In this document: positions 62,043 to 64,000 of the stretch, one piece after another
Layout of the letters: each line of letters begins with the position of its first letter
Numbering within the stretch: the stretch's first letter is position 1
Source: Bacilli bacterium
Lineage (GTDB): Bacteria; Bacillota_I; Bacilli_A; RFN20; CAG-826
Direction of reading: 5' to 3'
Length of the DNA stretch: 64,000 nucleotides
NCBI GenBank assembly: GCA_028690575.1
Contig: JAQVAY010000001.1
Span: 1,163 to 65,162 of the forward strand
The notes under the pieces: model-generated
What the model saw: the letters and a program-made list of their open reading frames with translations, nothing else
Database searches by the model: none
What the model was told of the DNA's origin: nothing
Position numbers and translations under genes: made by a program

Positions 62043-63611
62043 TTACCTTCTTTTTTTAGTTTTTCGCTCAGTAATCAAATGAGTAACTAACGACTGAACG
62101 ATTGAGTACATGGCACCGAATAACCAATAGGCGCCCATGCCAGATGCGAGTGAGAAACCCATGAAGATGATCATGGCTAACATGATATATGTGAACCACT
62201 TCATCTTATTATCGGTACTAGCTTGAGATGGGTTTTTACTTAATTTTGGGATATTCTTTCCTTTTTTCTTTTGTAGCCATCTTGGCAAGAGCATGGAAAC
62301 CGCTTGAGCGGCCGCCATTAGCACGAAAAGAATTGTGGCTGTCAATCCGCCCATTCCTCCGGCAGTTGTCCAAGAAGCAGCGTTAAACATAGTGGCGCTA
62401 ATAGAGTCACTTAGTCTTAATCCAAATAATTGACCAGATGAAAGGATAGCTGCGCTTTGCATAGCACCCCACACGCAGATAAACACAGGAAATTGAATTA
62501 ACATAACAAGAATTGAAGTCAACGGATTGATTTTATTCTTCTTATATAGTCTCGCTGTTTCTTCACTCAACCTTTGCTTATCCATTTTATTGGTATTAGC
62601 ATTCGGATATTTTGCCTGAATCTTGGCGACGTCAGGTTGCAAGCGAGTCATCATAGCGGTTGATTTTTGTTGTTTAAATGTAACGAACAACATTAGTGTT
62701 CTAACAATAATTGTGACAATCAAAATTGACAAAATTGATGCCCATCCAGTTCCTACCGCAGCAAAGGCCGAAGCAAGAACGTCAATTAAAGCAGCGATTG
62801 GCCAAACAAATAAGAATTCGAGCAATCCCTTCCAGCTAGTCCATGGTTTGGCTTGGATTTCAGCTGGTAAAGAATGAACGCCATAAGTGCCATAATCGCC
62901 AGAATTAATTGCCAAACAAGAACGATAAGAAGAAATGTAACTATTCATCTTCGTTTTATAAAATGAAACATAGTCATTTGTTGCCGCTTCATCAATATTG
63001 CTTAGTGAAGAGCGAACTTCCTGATTATAAATATCCCAGTTTGTCCATAAAACTTTTTTGCTGTTTGCAGAGTCTTCATATTTGATGTACCCATATTTAT
63101 CGAGTAATCCTTTGTTGTTCGAATAATCATCATATTGATCAGCAGGACAAAGGAGTGATCCGGCATCTTGAAAATCTATATGTTTTAAAGTGTCGTCAAT
63201 AACAATCTCTGTTCCAATTAATGGATCAATATCGGCGCGAGCTTTTTCAATTGTTTTATTTAAAACAACTTGATCAAATGTTTTAAAATAGTTTAACGAA
63301 GGAGAGCGAATATAAGCTTCTTCGGCAGCTGTGTTGATTTTGTTAATATATTTAGCGTTAACTTCATCAAAGCTGGCAGTAAAAACTAAGTTAGTTGAAT
63401 ATTCTTCTCCGTTAACTGTAACTGTTAGTTCCTCGGCGCCTTCCGGTTTGTCCACTGTATCTTCGTAATAAGCTGTCACACCATAATCAAATAGATAGAG
63501 AATGTGGGCTTTGTCCGTAACAGAGCAGAACGAAGCAGTACAACTAGTTAAAATTAAAACTCCCGCCGCAAGTGCAAGACCGCTTAAACCAAATTTTAAA
63601 CTTTTTTTCAT
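62043..63611 (-). CDS. yidC: Membrane protein insertase YidC, long lipoprotein form
   Basis: Lipobox LTSC, large extracytoplasmic domain and a C-terminal YidC/Oxa1 core. Confidence 0.85.
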   Translation of the reverse strand: MKKSLKFGLSGLALAAGVLILTSCTASFCSVTDKAHILYLFDYGVTAYYEDTVDKPEGAEELTVTVNGEEYSTNLVFTASFDEVNAKYINKINTAAEEAYIRSPSLNYFKTFDQVVLNKTIEKARADIDPLIGTEIVIDDTLKHIDFQDAGSLLCPADQYDDYSNNKGLLDKYGYIKYEDSANSKKVLWTNWDIYNQEVRSSLSNIDEAATNDYVSFYKTKMNSYISSYRSCLAINSGDYGTYGVHSLPAEIQAKPWTSWKGLLEFLFVWPIAALIDVLASAFAAVGTGWASILSILIVTIIVRTLMLFVTFKQQKSTAMMTRLQPDVAKIQAKYPNANTNKMDKQRLSEETARLYKKNKINPLTSILVMLIQFPVFICVWGAMQSAAILSSGQLFGLRLSDSISATMFNAASWTTAGGMGGLTATILFVLMAAAQAVSMLLPRWLQKKKGKNIPKLSKNPSQASTDNKMKWFTYIMLAMIIFMGFSLASGMGAYWLFGAMYSIVQSLVTHLITERKTKKRR

Positions 63612-63946
63612 TCGTTTTTTCCAATCTGTACAAGTACTAATTCACTTAAAAGTGATTTGTTGGTTTGGTAGTCGTTATCAAGAAAATTTTTCTTAACTAT
63701 AATAACTAGGTCAAATGACGCTTTGTTATAGTCAAACATGCTATCAGACATTGCTCTAACTTGTCGTTTGATTCGGTTACGGACAACAGCGTTTCCAACT
63801 TTGGAAGAGACAGAGATCCCAACCCTCATATAAGGCAGGTTGGTCGGTGCAAAATGCACAACATATGATCGATTACTCTTTGCGCGTCCGCCATGAATAA
63901 TTAAAGCAAACTGCTTATTGGCTTTTATTCTATTAACAACTTTCAT
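63608..63946 (-). CDS. rnpA: RNase P protein component
   Basis: 112 aa, basic, with a VRNRIKRQVR (RNR-motif) region. Confidence 0.85.
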   Translation of the reverse strand: MKVVNRIKANKQFALIIHGGRAKSNRSYVVHFAPTNLPYMRVGISVSSKVGNAVVRNRIKRQVRAMSDSMFDYNKASFDLVIIVKKNFLDNDYQTNKSLLSELVLVQIGKNE

Positions 63947-63957
63947 TTACCCTCGAC

Positions 63958-64000
63958 TATGCAGAAAGGGATTTTCTGCCTTTTGCTCTGCGACGAGCAA
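63958..64000 (-). CDS. rpmH: 50S ribosomal protein L34, C-terminal fragment (N-terminus beyond the window edge)
   Basis: The minus-strand translation ends ...ARRRAKGRKSLSA followed by a stop. Confidence 0.75.

Overview
This 64 kb window is a low-GC (about one third G+C) chromosomal segment from a Bacillota/Mollicutes-like bacterium using genetic code 11. UGA is a stop codon here: RF2 is present and carries its classical +1 frameshift.

Gene content, left to right:
- 1-8.9 kb, minus strand: the complete S10-spc ribosomal-protein operon, rpsJ through rpsE. Several of these proteins carry lysine/alanine/glutamate-rich terminal extensions. A sigma-A-like promoter and a structured leader lie upstream.
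- 9.2-13.4 kb: a queuosine cluster (queH-queA-tgt plus a QueT-like membrane protein) and prs.
- 13.4-17.1 kb: a small kinase-fold hypothetical, then a pepT / nucleoside hydrolase / ribokinase operon.
- 17.1-26.1 kb: a more accessory-looking stretch. It holds an orphan Sfp-type phosphopantetheinyl transferase, a leaderless CBS-pair gene, and a 652-aa RimI-like GNAT + RimK-like ATP-grasp fusion resembling Ngg, the N-acetylglutaminylglutamine synthetase. These are followed by ferritin with an upstream palindrome, a small membrane protein and a lone tRNA-Ala(CGC). Beyond the tRNA come a type-I phosphodiesterase (nucleotide pyrophosphatase) family protein, rmuC, and a Y-family translesion polymerase with a YolD-like partner.
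- 26.1-64 kb, housekeeping: M29 aminopeptidase, a DUF308-like membrane protein, secG, uvrB, a YitT-family protein, prfB-secA, comFC-comFA, rpiB, prmC-prfA, dnaX-ybaB-recR-tmk-holB-yaaT-rsmI, typA, rluD, a standalone RimK-like ATP-grasp, GrpB, an FGGY kinase, ppdK, glcK, a small repeat protein, glmU, ispE, rsmA, rnmV, tatD, mnmE, jag, yidC, rnpA and a partial rpmH. The right edge is therefore origin-proximal.

No CRISPR array, integrase, transposase or rRNA was found.

Coordinates of the small features I derived by hand (promoters, hairpins, recoding sites, small ORFs) may be off by 1-2 nt.
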